Source: Clostridia bacterium (lineage in GTDB: Bacteria > Bacillota > Clostridia > RGIG6154). From it: DNA of 64,000 nucleotides. The stretch is from the NCBI GenBank assembly GCA_045589295.1, contig JAZNOU010000007.1, positions 32,001-96,000 of the forward strand, in the 5' to 3' direction. The first letter of the stretch is position 1. The number at the start of each line of letters is the position of its first letter. Shown here piece after piece: positions 49,546-60,990 of this stretch. The notes under the pieces were generated by a model. The model made no database searches, had not been told where the DNA came from, and saw only the letters and a list, made by a program, of their open reading frames with translations. The translations under genes were made by a program, and so were the position numbers.

Positions 49546-50724
49546 TCAATCAAGAAAATTAATTGCTTTTGTAACGTTTCCCTCTTTTAAGTAAATTCTT
49601 GGAATTCTCTTTCCAACACCAGATAAAATCTCATAATTGATTGTATTAGAAAGATTGGCTATGTTTTCAACCGGTATAAAACTTTCACCTTGAGTTCCAA
49701 ATACAGTAACCTCATCACCCACACCTATATTATTGACAGAAGTTACGTCAATAATACATAGATCCATACAAATTCTTCCCAAAACAGGTACAATTTTTCC
49801 GCCAACAATCATACTTCCCTTATTGCTGATAGCTCTTGGAAGTCCGTCAGCATAGCCAACAGGAACAGTAGCAACAATTAAATCCGTTTGAGCTTCATAC
49901 GTCTTTCCATAACTTATCGGTGTGCCCTTTTGCACACTCTTAATATTAACCACACGGGTTTTGAACTGCATTACAGGTTTTAATTTGAAGTCAACTTTAA
50001 CTTCACTTGACGGGCAAACACCATAAATAATAATTCCCGGACGTACCATATCAAGGTGCATTTCAGGGAATTTAATTGTTGCAGCGCTATTACAGCAATG
50101 GCGGTATTTAAATGTAACACCATCATCTTTAAGTTTAGAAATTAACGACATAAACCTTTTAAATTGCAAATGTGTAAATTCATCATCGCTCTCATCTGCA
50201 ACAGAAAAATGTGTAAATATCCCCTCAGCATCAATTCCTTCTAAAGAAACAATTTGCTTGATTTCATTTTCTGCCTCGTTATCTAACTTGTCAGAGCATC
50301 CATACAGATAACCAATTCTACCCATCCCTGTGTCAATTTTAATATGAATTTTAGCTTTTTTATTATTTTTTAAGGCAATTTCTGAAAGTGCTTTAGCATC
50401 ATCTAAGCAAAAAACTGTTTGGGAAATATCATTTTTGATTATTTCTTCAAAACGCACTTTACCAGAACGGCCAAGAATTAAAATTGGTATATTTACACCA
50501 TTATTTCTCAAATGAATTGCCTCATCTACACAAGCAACACCCAGATATTCAACGCCATTCTCAATCAAAGTATTAGCAGTTTCTAAGCTGCCATGCCCAT
50601 AGGCATCAGCCTTTACAACAGCCATAATCTTAGTATTCTTATTTAAAATGGACTTTATATTTAAAATATTTGATTTTAATGAATCAAGATTTACTTCAGC
50701 CCATGAACGATCACTATATATCAT
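49546..50724 (-). CDS. alr: Alanine racemase
   Basis: AVVKADAYGHG, KIDTGMGRIG, VGYADG, GRICMD. Confidence 0.98.
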   Translation of the reverse strand: MIYSDRSWAEVNLDSLKSNILNIKSILNKNTKIMAVVKADAYGHGSLETANTLIENGVEYLGVACVDEAIHLRNNGVNIPILILGRSGKVRFEEIIKNDISQTVFCLDDAKALSEIALKNNKKAKIHIKIDTGMGRIGYLYGCSDKLDNEAENEIKQIVSLEGIDAEGIFTHFSVADESDDEFTHLQFKRFMSLISKLKDDGVTFKYRHCCNSAATIKFPEMHLDMVRPGIIIYGVCPSSEVKVDFKLKPVMQFKTRVVNIKSVQKGTPISYGKTYEAQTDLIVATVPVGYADGLPRAISNKGSMIVGGKIVPVLGRICMDLCIIDVTSVNNIGVGDEVTVFGTQGESFIPVENIANLSNTINYEILSGVGKRIPRIYLKEGNVTKAINFLD

Positions 50725-50736
50725 AAATATGCCTCT

Positions 50737-51600
50737 TTAAATTTCAGTAATTTTTTTAAACGCTATACCCAGATTATCAATAATATCACAAGGAGTCATT
50801 GAAAAATCTGTAAATTTCTCTTTTGCAATATCTCCTGCTAAACCATGAATATAAGCACCTGCAATTCCACTTTCAAAAGTAGGTAAGCCTTGTGCCGCCA
50901 ATGCAACACAAATTCCAGTCAACACGTCTCCTGAACCACCCTTTGCCATCCCATTATTACCGGTTGGATTAACAAAAACATCCTTTCCATTTGTAATCAC
51001 AGTATTTTTACCTTTTAAAAGAATATTCACGTTATACTCATTAGCAAAACTAACAGCATACTCAGTACGTTTATTGGAAATTTCCTCACACGAATTACCG
51101 CAAAGTCTGCTCATCTCACCAATATGCGGTGTTAGTAAAACATCTGCTTTACTTTTTTTTAAGATGTCAGGGTTAATCGCTAAAACATTAATAGCATCTG
51201 CATCAATAATCATTTTTTTTGCGGTCATACAAAGTTCTTCCAAAACTGCCCTTACTCCATTGCCAACTCCTGCACCCGGACCGATTGCAACAGCATCACA
51301 TTTGTCAGCGACAGTTAAAATTTGACGTACGGAATTTACAGTAATATCTCCGTCTTTATCGTCAACAGGACACGTCATAACCTCGGTTAATTTTATTTCA
51401 AAAATGTTATTTAAAGAACGGGGTACAGCCGCGGTAATAAGACCTGCACCCGATTTCAGTGCAGCATTTGCACACATACAAACGGCTCCTGTAAGGCCGG
51501 TGCTACCACCAATAATGAGCACTCTTCCTCTGTGTCCCTTATGGATATAATCATCAAATTCCGGCAACATTTTGCTCACGTATTCTATGTTGGTAATCAT
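50737..51600 (-). CDS. nnrD: ADP-dependent NAD(P)H-hydrate dehydratase (stand-alone)
   Basis: HKG..GRVLIIGGS, GPG, DADA, TPHIGEM, GGSGDVLTG; no epimerase domain. Confidence 0.9.
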   Translation of the reverse strand: MITNIEYVSKMLPEFDDYIHKGHRGRVLIIGGSTGLTGAVCMCANAALKSGAGLITAAVPRSLNNIFEIKLTEVMTCPVDDKDGDITVNSVRQILTVADKCDAVAIGPGAGVGNGVRAVLEELCMTAKKMIIDADAINVLAINPDILKKSKADVLLTPHIGEMSRLCGNSCEEISNKRTEYAVSFANEYNVNILLKGKNTVITNGKDVFVNPTGNNGMAKGGSGDVLTGICVALAAQGLPTFESGIAGAYIHGLAGDIAKEKFTDFSMTPCDIIDNLGIAFKKITEI

Positions 51601-52112
51601 GCTCTTCTTTCAACTTTTCTTGGCATAACTGTCAAAAAATGTAATATCACTTTTTCATCATCTACTATAACAAGTTTTTCAAGACCACTTTTGCCTTTAA
51701 AAATTATAGCGTAATTAGTGTCCTCATTTCTGCTTTTTGCCGCAAAATAGGTCTTTTTTATTGCCATTGTTTTTAATTCATCACACTGTGCAGGAAGAAT
51801 TTTTTCAATTCTGTCTTTAGTTACAGCAACAAATCTTTTCCTTCTTTTTTTAGCAAAAATACGATCAATATCAATATCCCCGTTGACAATACAATATTCA
51901 AATTCTACATCAGTTGTTTGCGCAAACTTATATGCAACATATACTACAACTGCAGCAAAGAACAATCCCATAGTGTTAAGAATTGGAATCATCGCCGCAA
52001 TCATCATTGATAAAATTGCCCCTGCAAATGCTGCAATAACAATACCCGTCTTTTTTAATACATCGATTTTATCAGGTTCTTTTTTAACAAGACATTCTGT
52101 AATCTGTTCCAT
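51597..52112 (-). CDS. DUF6106-like two-TM membrane protein
   Basis: ECLVKK, two TMs, EFEY.IVNG..DIDRI..KKRRK. Confidence 0.75.
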   Translation of the reverse strand: MEQITECLVKKEPDKIDVLKKTGIVIAAFAGAILSMMIAAMIPILNTMGLFFAAVVVYVAYKFAQTTDVEFEYCIVNGDIDIDRIFAKKRRKRFVAVTKDRIEKILPAQCDELKTMAIKKTYFAAKSRNEDTNYAIIFKGKSGLEKLVIVDDEKVILHFLTVMPRKVERRA

Positions 52113-52142
52113 ATTTGGTTCCTCTCTTTCTTTTGTTATTCT

Positions 52143-52171
52143 ATTTTAACATTTTTTGTAAAAATAATCAA
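52143..52171 (-). promoter_or_regulatory. sigmaA promoter of DUF6106-nnrD-alr
   Basis: TTGATT-N17-TAAAAT with TG extension. Confidence 0.65.
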
Positions 52172-52172
52172 G

Positions 52173-54998
52173 TTATTTCAATATCCGTTTCAAATAATGA
52201 CCAGTATACGATTTTTTGCATTTGGCAACTTCCTCTGGAGTTCCTGCTGCAACTACTGTTCCGCCATTATTGCCACCATCAGGCCCCATATCAATTATAT
52301 AGTCCGCACACTTTATTACATCAAGATTGTGCTCAATGACAATAACAGTATTTCCTGCATCAACAAGTTTTTGTAAAACTTCTTCAAGTTTGTGTACATC
52401 TGCTGAATGCAGACCCGTAGTAGGTTCGTCTAAAATGTAAACTGTTTTCCCCGTACTGCGTTTTGAAAGCTCAGTCGCAAGTTTCACGCGTTGTGATTCG
52501 CCGCCTGAGAGTGTTGTTGCAGGTTGACCAAGTGTTACATATCCCAGTCCCACATCAAAAAGTGTTTGTAGCTTTCGCTTCACCGACGGAATATTTTCAA
52601 AAAACCCAAGTGCTTCTTCAACAGTCATATTCAACACTTCGCTAATGTTTTTTCCTTTGTACTTAACTTCCAGAGTTTCCCTGTTGTATCTCTTACCTTT
52701 ACAAACTTCACAAGGCACAAATACATCAGGCAAAAAGTGCATTTCAATTTTTATAATACCATCGCCGCTGCAAGCTTCGCATCTTCCACCTTTGACATTA
52801 AAACTGAATCTCCCGGGTCCATAGCCTCTCGCCTGCGCTTCTTGCGTTGAAGCGAACAAATCTCTTATATCATTAAATAGCCCTGTATATGTTGCAGGAT
52901 TCGAACGTGGTGTTCTACCTATCGGGCTTTGATCAATCTGTATTACTTTATCAAGATGCTCTATACCCAGAATATCTTTTGCTTTACCAGCCTTTTTCCT
53001 TGCACGATTTAATTTCGTTGCCAAAGTTTTATAAAGAATTTCGTTTATGAGTGTACTTTTCCCTGATCCTGAAACACCTGTTACAACTGTCATTACACCC
53101 AGAGGAATTTCAACATCGATATTTTTTAAATTATTCTCGGTGGCACCTACTATTTTCAACCTTTTGTCAGTGATATCACGCCTTTTTTCAGGAATGGCAA
53201 TTTCAATTTCTCCACTCAAATACTTACCGGTTATACTTTCTTTGCATTTTGTAATCTCATCTACAGTGCCTGCATACACTATGTTTCCGCCGTGAACACC
53301 TGCACCGGGGCCAATATCTATTATATAGTCCGCTTCGCGCATTGTTTCTTCATCGTGTTCTACAACAATAACACTGTTACCAAGATCCCTTAAATTTTTA
53401 AGTGTTGCTATAAGTTTGTCATTATCCTTTTGATGAAGCCCTATGCTTGGTTCATCTAAAATATACAAAACGCCCATAAGACTTGAACCAATTTGTGTTG
53501 CAAGCCTTATTCTCTGTGCTTCACCGCCCGAAAGTGTTCTTGCACCTCTTGAAAGCGTCAGATAATCAAGCCCTACGTCAACCAAAAAACCCATTCTTGA
53601 CTTAAGCTCTTTTAATATCATATCAGCAATTATTTTTTCTTTGTCGGTCAAGTTTAAGGATTTTATAAATTCAAGCCCATCAGAAATAGACATATCTGTA
53701 AGTTCAATAATATTTTTACCGCCGACAGTCACAGAAAGACTTTCTTTTTTCAAACGTTTTCCGTTACATTCGGGGCAAATCATATTTACCATTTGTGACT
53801 CATATTCTGTTTTTTGTGCTTCCGAGGTAGTTTCTGCATACTTTCTCTCAAAATTGGATATTACACCCTCAAATCTTGCAAAATAAGTCCCTCCTGAATA
53901 CTCCCTTTGATATTCAAACTTAATTTTTTCATCCCCTGTGCCATACAAAAGTTTATCCTGATATTCTTCAGGGATATCTTTAAATGGTGTTGTCATTTCA
54001 AATCCATAGTGCTTTGCAAGAGCTGAATAATACATATATGCCATACTTTTAGGATTATCTGCAGAATTCCATCCACTTGCAACGATAGCACCTTCTATAA
54101 GGCTTTTATTAGGATCTGGAACAACTTGTTGAGGGTCAATTTTTAGCTGTTCACCCAGACCTGTACAATGTTGGCAAGCACCAAACGGACTATTAAACGA
54201 AAACATTCGCGGAGTAAGTTCTTCAATACTTATACCACAATCAGGACATGCATAATTCTGACTGAACAACATTTCCTCATCGCCGATTACATCAATTATA
54301 ACGTTGCCTGATGCAAGCTTAAGTGCTGTTTCAACCGAATCTGTAAGACGCTTTTGCATATCATCTCTCTTGACAAGTCTGTCAATAATAATACTAACAT
54401 CGTGTTTTTTATTTTTATCCATAGGAATTTTATCTGTAAGTTCATAAATAATACCGTCAACCTTCGCTCTTACATATCCGCTTTTTGCAGCATCGTTAAG
54501 CAACTTTGCATGTTCGCCTTTTCTTCCGCGAATTAGTGGTGCCAACACTTGAAATTTAGTACCATCAGGAAGCTTTAAAACCTTATCAACAATCTCATCA
54601 ACTGATTGTTGCTTGATTTCCTTGTGGCATTTCGGGCAATGAACTATACCGATTCTTGCATATAAAAGTCTTAAATAATCATAAATTTCAGTTACAGTAC
54701 CTACTGTTGACCTTGGATTTCTGCTGGTTGTTTTCTGATCAATTGAAATTGCAGGCGACAATCCCTCGATATAATCAACATCCGGCTTGTCCATCTGCCC
54801 TAAAAACATTCGTGCATACGAAGAAAGCGATTCAACATAACGCCTTTGTCCTTCAGCATATATGGTATCAAATGCAAGTGAAGATTTACCTGAACCGCTA
54901 AGCCCGGTAATAACTACAAGCTTATCCCTTGGGATTTCAATATCAATATTTTTTAAATTGTGTTCTCTTGCGCCCTTTATATAAATATTTTCTCTCAT
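52173..54998 (-). CDS. uvrA: Excinuclease ABC subunit A
   Basis: Two ABC ATPase domains ([23 protein letters not shown]), Zn fingers. Confidence 0.99.
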   Translation of the reverse strand: MRENIYIKGAREHNLKNIDIEIPRDKLVVITGLSGSGKSSLAFDTIYAEGQRRYVESLSSYARMFLGQMDKPDVDYIEGLSPAISIDQKTTSRNPRSTVGTVTEIYDYLRLLYARIGIVHCPKCHKEIKQQSVDEIVDKVLKLPDGTKFQVLAPLIRGRKGEHAKLLNDAAKSGYVRAKVDGIIYELTDKIPMDKNKKHDVSIIIDRLVKRDDMQKRLTDSVETALKLASGNVIIDVIGDEEMLFSQNYACPDCGISIEELTPRMFSFNSPFGACQHCTGLGEQLKIDPQQVVPDPNKSLIEGAIVASGWNSADNPKSMAYMYYSALAKHYGFEMTTPFKDIPEEYQDKLLYGTGDEKIKFEYQREYSGGTYFARFEGVISNFERKYAETTSEAQKTEYESQMVNMICPECNGKRLKKESLSVTVGGKNIIELTDMSISDGLEFIKSLNLTDKEKIIADMILKELKSRMGFLVDVGLDYLTLSRGARTLSGGEAQRIRLATQIGSSLMGVLYILDEPSIGLHQKDNDKLIATLKNLRDLGNSVIVVEHDEETMREADYIIDIGPGAGVHGGNIVYAGTVDEITKCKESITGKYLSGEIEIAIPEKRRDITDKRLKIVGATENNLKNIDVEIPLGVMTVVTGVSGSGKSTLINEILYKTLATKLNRARKKAGKAKDILGIEHLDKVIQIDQSPIGRTPRSNPATYTGLFNDIRDLFASTQEAQARGYGPGRFSFNVKGGRCEACSGDGIIKIEMHFLPDVFVPCEVCKGKRYNRETLEVKYKGKNISEVLNMTVEEALGFFENIPSVKRKLQTLFDVGLGYVTLGQPATTLSGGESQRVKLATELSKRSTGKTVYILDEPTTGLHSADVHKLEEVLQKLVDAGNTVIVIEHNLDVIKCADYIIDMGPDGGNNGGTVVAAGTPEEVAKCKKSYTGHYLKRILK

Positions 54999-55005
54999 TT
55001 TAACC

Positions 55006-56961
55006 TCAATCCTGTTGTTCTTTTAGTTCTGCAATTTTATCTCTCAGCATTGCCGCACGCTCGAACATAAGATTTTTTGCAGCTAGCTTCATTTCTTTTG
55101 TAAGCTCCTCTATTACCATTTCAACATCATCAATAACCCCGATATTTGTTGCCTGTTCATCATATTTAACAGCTTCAATAACATCACGAACATCTTTAAC
55201 AATGCTTTTGGGAATAATTCCGTATTTTTTATTAAAATTCATCTGAATTTCTCTGCGCCTATTAGTTTCGTCAATGGCACGTTTCATACTGTCAGTTATA
55301 GTATCTGCATACATTATAACTTTGCCATTTACATTTCTTGCAGCTCTTCCTATAGTTTGAATGAGCGACGTTTCACTTCGCAAAAAGCCTTCTTTATCAG
55401 CATCTAAAATTGCAACCAGCGACACCTCAGGAATATCCAAACCTTCTCTTAATAGGTTGATCCCCACCAAAACATCAAACTTTTTAAGTCTTAAATCTCT
55501 GATAATTTCCATTCTTTCAATAGTTTTTACATCAGAGTGCAAATATCTTACTTTAATGCCAGCTTCATCTAGAAATTCCGTAAGACTTTCTGCCATTTTC
55601 TTTGTGAGGGTTGTAACTAAAACCCTTTCGCTCACTTCTAATCTTTTATTAATTTCTGAAAGAAGATGGTCAATCTGTCCTGTTCTTCCCACAACCATAA
55701 CCTCCGGATCTACCAAACCCGTAGGACGATTAATCTGTTCCACAACTGCATCAGATTTTTGTTTTTCATATTCAGCCGGGGTTGCACTTACATATACCAC
55801 TTGCCCTATTTTACCCTCAAATTCTTCAAAACAAAGCGGACGGTTATCATATGCACTTGGAAGTCTAAATCCATAGTCTACAAGACTCTTTTTCCTCGAA
55901 CGATCGCCTGCATACATAGCTCTTACCTGAGGTATTGTAACATGAGCCTCATCAACAACCAAAAGAAAGTCATCGGGGAAATAATCAAGAAGTGTAAATG
56001 GCGCTGAGCCTGCTTTTCTTCCGCTAATATGTCTTGAATAATTTTCGATACCCTGACAAAAACCTGTTTCCAGCATCATTTCTATATCATAGTTTGTACG
56101 TTGCTCAATCCTTTGAGCTTCAACCGCCATATCTCTATCATTAAAGAATTTAATGCGCTCTTCTAATTCATCTTTTATATCCTTAATAGCTGTGTGCATT
56201 TTCTCTTTCGTTGTTACGTAGTGTGATTTAGGAAATATCACCGCGTGATTTCTAACACCAATAACTTCTCCAGTTACGACATTTATTTCTGTTATACGGT
56301 CAATTTCATCACCAAAAAATTCAACTCTAATTGAATTTTCATGTGAGTTTGAAGGAACTATTTCAATTATATCACCACGAACTCTGAATTTACCTCTTGA
56401 AAAATCTATATCATTTCTTTCATACTGCATTTCTATAAGGCGCATTATGACCTCGTCACGATCTTTGTTCATACCAACTCTTAAAGAAAGTACCATTGTG
56501 TTATAGTCGATAGGATCACCCAAACCATAAATACAAGAAACTGACGAAACAATTATAACATCACGTCTTTCAAAAAGTGATGCCGTAGCGCTGTGACGCA
56601 GTTTATCAATATCATCATTTATCGAAGCATCTTTTTCAATATAAGTATCAGTATGCGGAATATATGCCTCAGGTTGATAATAATCGTAATATGATACAAA
56701 AAACTCAACTGCATTTTCCGGAAAAAACTCTTTAAATTCGCTACAAAGCTGTGCCGCCAGTGTTTTATTGTGTGCAAGTACAATAGTAGGTCTGTTGACT
56801 TTTTCTATTACTTTTGCAATAGTATAAGTTTTACCAGAACCTGTAACCCCTTTTAATATCTGACCACAGAGACCATTATTAATACCCTGTACTAACGCAT
56901 TGATTGCCTCAGGCTGATCGCCTGCAGGTTCATATTTTGATACTACCTTAAAATCGGGCAT
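55006..56961 (-). CDS. uvrB: Excinuclease ABC subunit B
   Basis: [36 protein letters not shown]-terminal UVR domain. Confidence 0.99.
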   Translation of the reverse strand: MPDFKVVSKYEPAGDQPEAINALVQGINNGLCGQILKGVTGSGKTYTIAKVIEKVNRPTIVLAHNKTLAAQLCSEFKEFFPENAVEFFVSYYDYYQPEAYIPHTDTYIEKDASINDDIDKLRHSATASLFERRDVIIVSSVSCIYGLGDPIDYNTMVLSLRVGMNKDRDEVIMRLIEMQYERNDIDFSRGKFRVRGDIIEIVPSNSHENSIRVEFFGDEIDRITEINVVTGEVIGVRNHAVIFPKSHYVTTKEKMHTAIKDIKDELEERIKFFNDRDMAVEAQRIEQRTNYDIEMMLETGFCQGIENYSRHISGRKAGSAPFTLLDYFPDDFLLVVDEAHVTIPQVRAMYAGDRSRKKSLVDYGFRLPSAYDNRPLCFEEFEGKIGQVVYVSATPAEYEKQKSDAVVEQINRPTGLVDPEVMVVGRTGQIDHLLSEINKRLEVSERVLVTTLTKKMAESLTEFLDEAGIKVRYLHSDVKTIERMEIIRDLRLKKFDVLVGINLLREGLDIPEVSLVAILDADKEGFLRSETSLIQTIGRAARNVNGKVIMYADTITDSMKRAIDETNRRREIQMNFNKKYGIIPKSIVKDVRDVIEAVKYDEQATNIGVIDDVEMVIEELTKEMKLAAKNLMFERAAMLRDKIAELKEQQD

Positions 56962-57019
56962 ATATTCACCTCCTGTATAAAAATCATATTTTTTGACAAA
57001 ACAAAACTATATCATTTTA

Positions 57020-57048
57020 AGTATAACATAGTCTTATATTTTTTTCAA
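57020..57048 (-). promoter_or_regulatory. sigmaA promoter of uvrBA
   Basis: TTGAAA-N17-TATACT with TG extension. Confidence 0.7.
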
Positions 57049-57130
57049 CAAAAAGCAACAAATAAGAAACTTCCTAATACTTCTATTTTGTTTTTTTATC
57101 ACAAACTTATAACATATTAAAACTTAAATT

Positions 57131-57166
57131 TAAAAGGCAGAATAAGGTAACTCCTTATTCTGCCTT
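57131..57166 (-). terminator. Intrinsic terminator after GT2 gene
   Basis: 14-bp inverted repeat AAGGCAGAATAAGG/CCTTATTCTGCCTT. Confidence 0.85.
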
Positions 57167-57175
57167 AAAATCAAA

Positions 57176-58429
57176 TTATTTATTAATTTCTTGTAATGAA
57201 ATTGTTCTTGTGTGTTGCGTATGGAACCATTCCTTATTGTTTTTCTTTACAACACCTACTATTGCAATAGGGAACCATGTAAATGTGTAGAAATAATATG
57301 GTATATACCCCTTTACAACTTTCCAGTTCATTTTACCTTCTAACAGCAAAACTGTAGGCAAATATAACAACTGTCCAATTACAATTGCATTCCAAATTAT
57401 TGGTGAATTAAACAAATATTGCATCTGGAAAAAACCAAAATCACCATTAGGGTAAAATGTTTGAAGATAACCCATAAGAAGTATCATAAACATAGCAATA
57501 AGTCTGATTGGCTGAAAAAGATAGAACGCACAATCAATTGGGATGATATTTCTGTCTTTAAAACCTTTTTTAACAAGTTTAAAGAAAAATCTGTTTGCCA
57601 CATCTGCATGACCTTGCATCCATCTTACTCTCTGCTTATAAGACTGGCTGAAAGTGATTGGCTTTTCATCATATACAATAGCATCATGAGCCCATGCAAC
57701 TTTATAGTTGTTAAGTGCAAGTTTCATGGTAAATTCCATATCTTCTGCAAGACAGGTAGCTCCCCAGCCAATTTCCTTTATAATATCAGTTGAAAGTGCA
57801 AAACCTGTTCCGCAAAGCTGACAACACATTCCGAGTGTATATCTTGCATACTGGAACAATCTATTAATGCTCCAGAAAGAAATTGCATATGAAAGTGTTA
57901 TCCATGAGTCATAAGGATTTTTTGTATCAATGTAACCCTGTACAGCTCTGTAACCTCTGTTAAACTGTCTGTTCATCTGATTGAGGAATTCAGGATGCAC
58001 AACGTTATCAGCATCAAAAACACAAATACCGTCAAACTGAGTTTCCATAGCAAAAATCTTCTCAAACATCCATTCGAGAGCATGACCTTTGCCCTTTAAA
58101 GTATCATTAAATCTTTCATGCACACAAGCGCCATGTTTTCTTGCAACATCAGCTGTTTCATCATCACAATTATCTGCAATAACAAAAACCTCATAGGCAT
58201 CTTTCGGATAATTAAGCGTATTCAAAGAGTCAATAAGATTACCGATTACCGCCTGCTCGTTATGTGCAGCTACTACCATTGCAAACTTGTGAGTTTTTGT
58301 GCCCGTATTTTTACATGCAGGCTCTTTTTTAAATAAGCAACCAACCAACGAAATAACAGTATAATATCCACCAAGCACTAACATTAAAATCTGAAGTACC
58401 ATGCTGAATATGTATGACACAGTAGTCAT
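57176..58429 (-). CDS. Membrane glycosyltransferase family 2 (processive type)
   Basis: AHNE, DNCDD, FDAD, ED, QRVRW (QxxRW), flanking TMs; start ATG 58429 after GGAG. Confidence 0.92.
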   Translation of the reverse strand: MTTVSYIFSMVLQILMLVLGGYYTVISLVGCLFKKEPACKNTGTKTHKFAMVVAAHNEQAVIGNLIDSLNTLNYPKDAYEVFVIADNCDDETADVARKHGACVHERFNDTLKGKGHALEWMFEKIFAMETQFDGICVFDADNVVHPEFLNQMNRQFNRGYRAVQGYIDTKNPYDSWITLSYAISFWSINRLFQYARYTLGMCCQLCGTGFALSTDIIKEIGWGATCLAEDMEFTMKLALNNYKVAWAHDAIVYDEKPITFSQSYKQRVRWMQGHADVANRFFFKLVKKGFKDRNIIPIDCAFYLFQPIRLIAMFMILLMGYLQTFYPNGDFGFFQMQYLFNSPIIWNAIVIGQLLYLPTVLLLEGKMNWKVVKGYIPYYFYTFTWFPIAIVGVVKKNNKEWFHTQHTRTISLQEINK

Positions 58430-58459
58430 TTTTTTCACTCCTTTTTTAAACCAACGTAC

Positions 58460-58545
58460 ATAATACACTATTTTTCAAAAAAAATCAAGTCTTTTTTTAT
58501 ATTTAATGAAATATTGTAGACTTTTTCTCAAAAATAGTGTAAAGT
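58460..58545. promoter_or_regulatory. Divergent sigmaA promoters for GT2 (minus) and radA (plus)
   Basis: Minus TTGATT-N17-TATTAT (58460-58488); plus TAGACT-N17-TAAAGT (58517-58545). Confidence 0.55.
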
Positions 58546-58576
58546 ATTACTATAAACTTGAAAGTGGAGTGAAGAT

Positions 58577-59920
58577 ATGGCAAAGAGCAAAACTGTATTT
58601 ATTTGTTCAGAATGTGGATACAAGACTGCAAAATGGTCTGGCAAGTGTCCCGAATGTAACAGTTGGAACACGATGACCGAAGAAGTCGAAGTAGTTGCAG
58701 ACACAACTTTTTTTCAACCTAAAATCACACAAGGTGCTACTCCTATCAATGATATTACTTCATCTGCCGAAAGCAGATTTACTGGCGGTTCTAAAGAACT
58801 TGACCGCGTACTCGGTGGCGGCATTGTTGAAGGTTCTTTGATTTTAATAGGTGGTGAACCGGGCATTGGAAAATCCACTCTTCTCCTCCAGATTTGCAAA
58901 TCAATAAAAGAAGATGTTTTATATATTTCCGGTGAAGAATCTCCTTCACAAATTAAGATGCGCGCTAAAAGGCTTTCTGTAGATAAGGAAAATTTATCCA
59001 TATTATGCAACACAAATCTTTCAAATATACTTGCCAACATAGAAGCAAAAAAACCAAAAGTTGCAATTATTGACTCAATACAAACCATTTATTCAAAAGA
59101 AATTTCTTCTGCTCCAGGTAGCGTTAGTCAAGTACGACAAGTTACACTCATGCTTATGAAACTCGCCAAAAGTCTTAACATAACAATTTTTATCGTAGGG
59201 CATGTAACCAAGGATGGTTCAATTGCAGGTCCAAGGGTCTTGGAGCACATGGTGGACAGCGTATTATATTTTGAAGGTGACAGTTCACACACATTCAGAC
59301 TTTTAAGAGCGGTTAAAAACCGTTTTGGTTCTACCAACGAAGTAGGTATTTTTGAAATGACCGATTGTGGACTTAACGACATTAAAAACCCATCTTCAAC
59401 ATTTTTAAATGAGTATGACAAACCAATTGCAGGTAACTGCATAACCTGCACCGTGGAAGGTACAAGGCCAATTTTAACCGAAGTACAAGCACTTACCTGC
59501 CCTACTTTCTTGCCTGTTCCCAGAAGAACTGCTTCAGGCATTGATCAACACAGAGTTGTACTTTTAATGGCTGTTTTGGAAAAAAGACTAAAACTAAATC
59601 TTTCAAATTACGACACTTATATAAATATTGCAGGCGGTATGCGTCTTTCTGAACCGGCATCTGACTTAGCTGTTGCACTTTCAATATATTCAAATTATAA
59701 AGATATTATTATCGGTAATTCAACTGTTATTTTTGGCGAAATCGGTCTTTCTGGTGAAGTTCGTTCTGTCACGGCTGCTGAAAGCAGGATTAAAGAGTGT
59801 AAAAAATTAGGCTTTGAAAAAATAATAATCCCATTTTCCAATTACACTTCTTTAAAAGAGAAGACTGGTGTTGTTGGGGTCAAAAATATATCCGATGCCA
59901 TAAAGGCTATCTCAAATTAA
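58577..59920 (+). CDS. radA: DNA repair protein RadA/Sms
   Basis: N-terminal C4 Zn finger, GEPGIGKST, KNRFG, Lon-like C-terminus. Confidence 0.98.
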   Translation: MAKSKTVFICSECGYKTAKWSGKCPECNSWNTMTEEVEVVADTTFFQPKITQGATPINDITSSAESRFTGGSKELDRVLGGGIVEGSLILIGGEPGIGKSTLLLQICKSIKEDVLYISGEESPSQIKMRAKRLSVDKENLSILCNTNLSNILANIEAKKPKVAIIDSIQTIYSKEISSAPGSVSQVRQVTLMLMKLAKSLNITIFIVGHVTKDGSIAGPRVLEHMVDSVLYFEGDSSHTFRLLRAVKNRFGSTNEVGIFEMTDCGLNDIKNPSSTFLNEYDKPIAGNCITCTVEGTRPILTEVQALTCPTFLPVPRRTASGIDQHRVVLLMAVLEKRLKLNLSNYDTYINIAGGMRLSEPASDLAVALSIYSNYKDIIIGNSTVIFGEIGLSGEVRSVTAAESRIKECKKLGFEKIIIPFSNYTSLKEKTGVVGVKNISDAIKAISN

Positions 59921-60278
59921 ATTTTCCTAAAATCCTTATGTTTTGATTTTCTCTTTCAATTATATCCGCAGGGTTGTAACCCAATAAAAGCATAAGCGAA
60001 ATTAAATAAAACGTACTTTGCCCGAGTTCTTTTTCTATTTCTTGTTTGCACGAAGGGCAAAGTTCACCTTTTGCAAGAACTGGAACAGCCTCGTCTAAAC
60101 CGCAAGGCTGTTTTTTCGCACAAAACTCTATACATCCGCAATGTGTAGCAGCTTTTGTTATTGCCCTTATTGCCTTTTCCAAAGAAAGTTGTGATTTGCT
60201 CATTGTATCTACTAAACTTCTGTTACGCTTGTAGTATTTGTTTATTGTTTCACTTATATCCTTAATACAATTACTCAT
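59907..60278 (-). CDS. Conserved clostridial Cys-rich hypothetical protein
   Basis: RAITKAATHCGC...LCPSC..EIEKELG..FYL; radA-carD synteny. Confidence 0.75.
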   Translation of the reverse strand: MSNCIKDISETINKYYKRNRSLVDTMSKSQLSLEKAIRAITKAATHCGCIEFCAKKQPCGLDEAVPVLAKGELCPSCKQEIEKELGQSTFYLISLMLLLGYNPADIIERENQNIRILGKFNLR

Positions 60279-60377
60279 TTTCTGCCTTCCTTTCCTTTTG
60301 CTGTATCTACAACACTAATTATATACTCCACACCTTGAAAATGCTGTCATTTTTTAAAATATTTTTTAAATTATATT

Positions 60378-60406
60378 TTGACTTTTTAATAAAAATATGG
60401 TATAAT
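60378..60406 (+). promoter_or_regulatory. sigmaA promoter of carD-ispD-ispF-proS
   Basis: TTGACT-N17-TATAAT with TG extension. Confidence 0.8.
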
Positions 60407-60449
60407 TTATACATATTTGGGAATATTTTATTTCCCTGGAGGTGAGTGT

Positions 60450-60926
60450 TTGTATAATATAGGCGAAAAGATTGTTTATCCTATGCATGGTGCAGGTATA
60501 ATTGAAGCAATCGAAGAAAAAGAAATTTTAGGAATAATGCAGAAATATTACATACTTAAAATCGCTACTACCAACATGGACATTATGGTCCCTGTTGCTA
60601 CTGCTGACGATATTGGGGTAAGGCCTATAATTGACCAGAATGATTTATGCAACATATTTGATGAAATCAAGCACTACGAAGAAACCGACGAACTAAACTG
60701 GAATAAGAGATACCGCCTTAATTTGCAAAAAATAAAAACAGGCAGCATTGTAGAAGTTGGTCAGGTTATCAAAAGTTTGCTACTCAGGGAAAACATAAAA
60801 GCACTTTCGACTTGTGAAAAGAAAATGCTTAATAATGCCCGTCAGATTATGGCTAGTGAAATTGTTCTTGCCACCGGCAGAGAACTTGAAGATATCGAGC
60901 TTCAGATTGACAGTTTAATTTGTTAA
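60450..60926 (+). CDS. carD: CarD family transcriptional regulator
   Basis: IGEKIVYPMHGAG, NWNKRY, EKKML..ARQI..SEI; TTG start after GGAGGTG. Confidence 0.93.
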   Translation: MYNIGEKIVYPMHGAGIIEAIEEKEILGIMQKYYILKIATTNMDIMVPVATADDIGVRPIIDQNDLCNIFDEIKHYEETDELNWNKRYRLNLQKIKTGSIVEVGQVIKSLLLRENIKALSTCEKKMLNNARQIMASEIVLATGRELEDIELQIDSLIC

Positions 60927-60990
60927 TATTGTTTACAAAGATGAGTTGTATTTTATGCAGCTCATCAATAATTATTAAAGAGGTTAAAAC

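Noticed and set aside
52133-52152. TGTTA...TAACA palindrome resembling a Rex operator upstream of DUF6106-nnrD
   Set aside because: Spacing is 2 nt longer than the TTGTTAA-N4-TTAACAA consensus and it overlaps the -10 box
56962-57130. Possible LexA/SOS box upstream of uvrBA
   Set aside because: No GAAC-N4-GTTY match; only partial AAAC/AACA words in AT-rich DNA
60940-60966. Hairpin between carD and ispD
   Set aside because: No U-tract on the plus strand, so not called a terminator; could be a stability or processing hairpin
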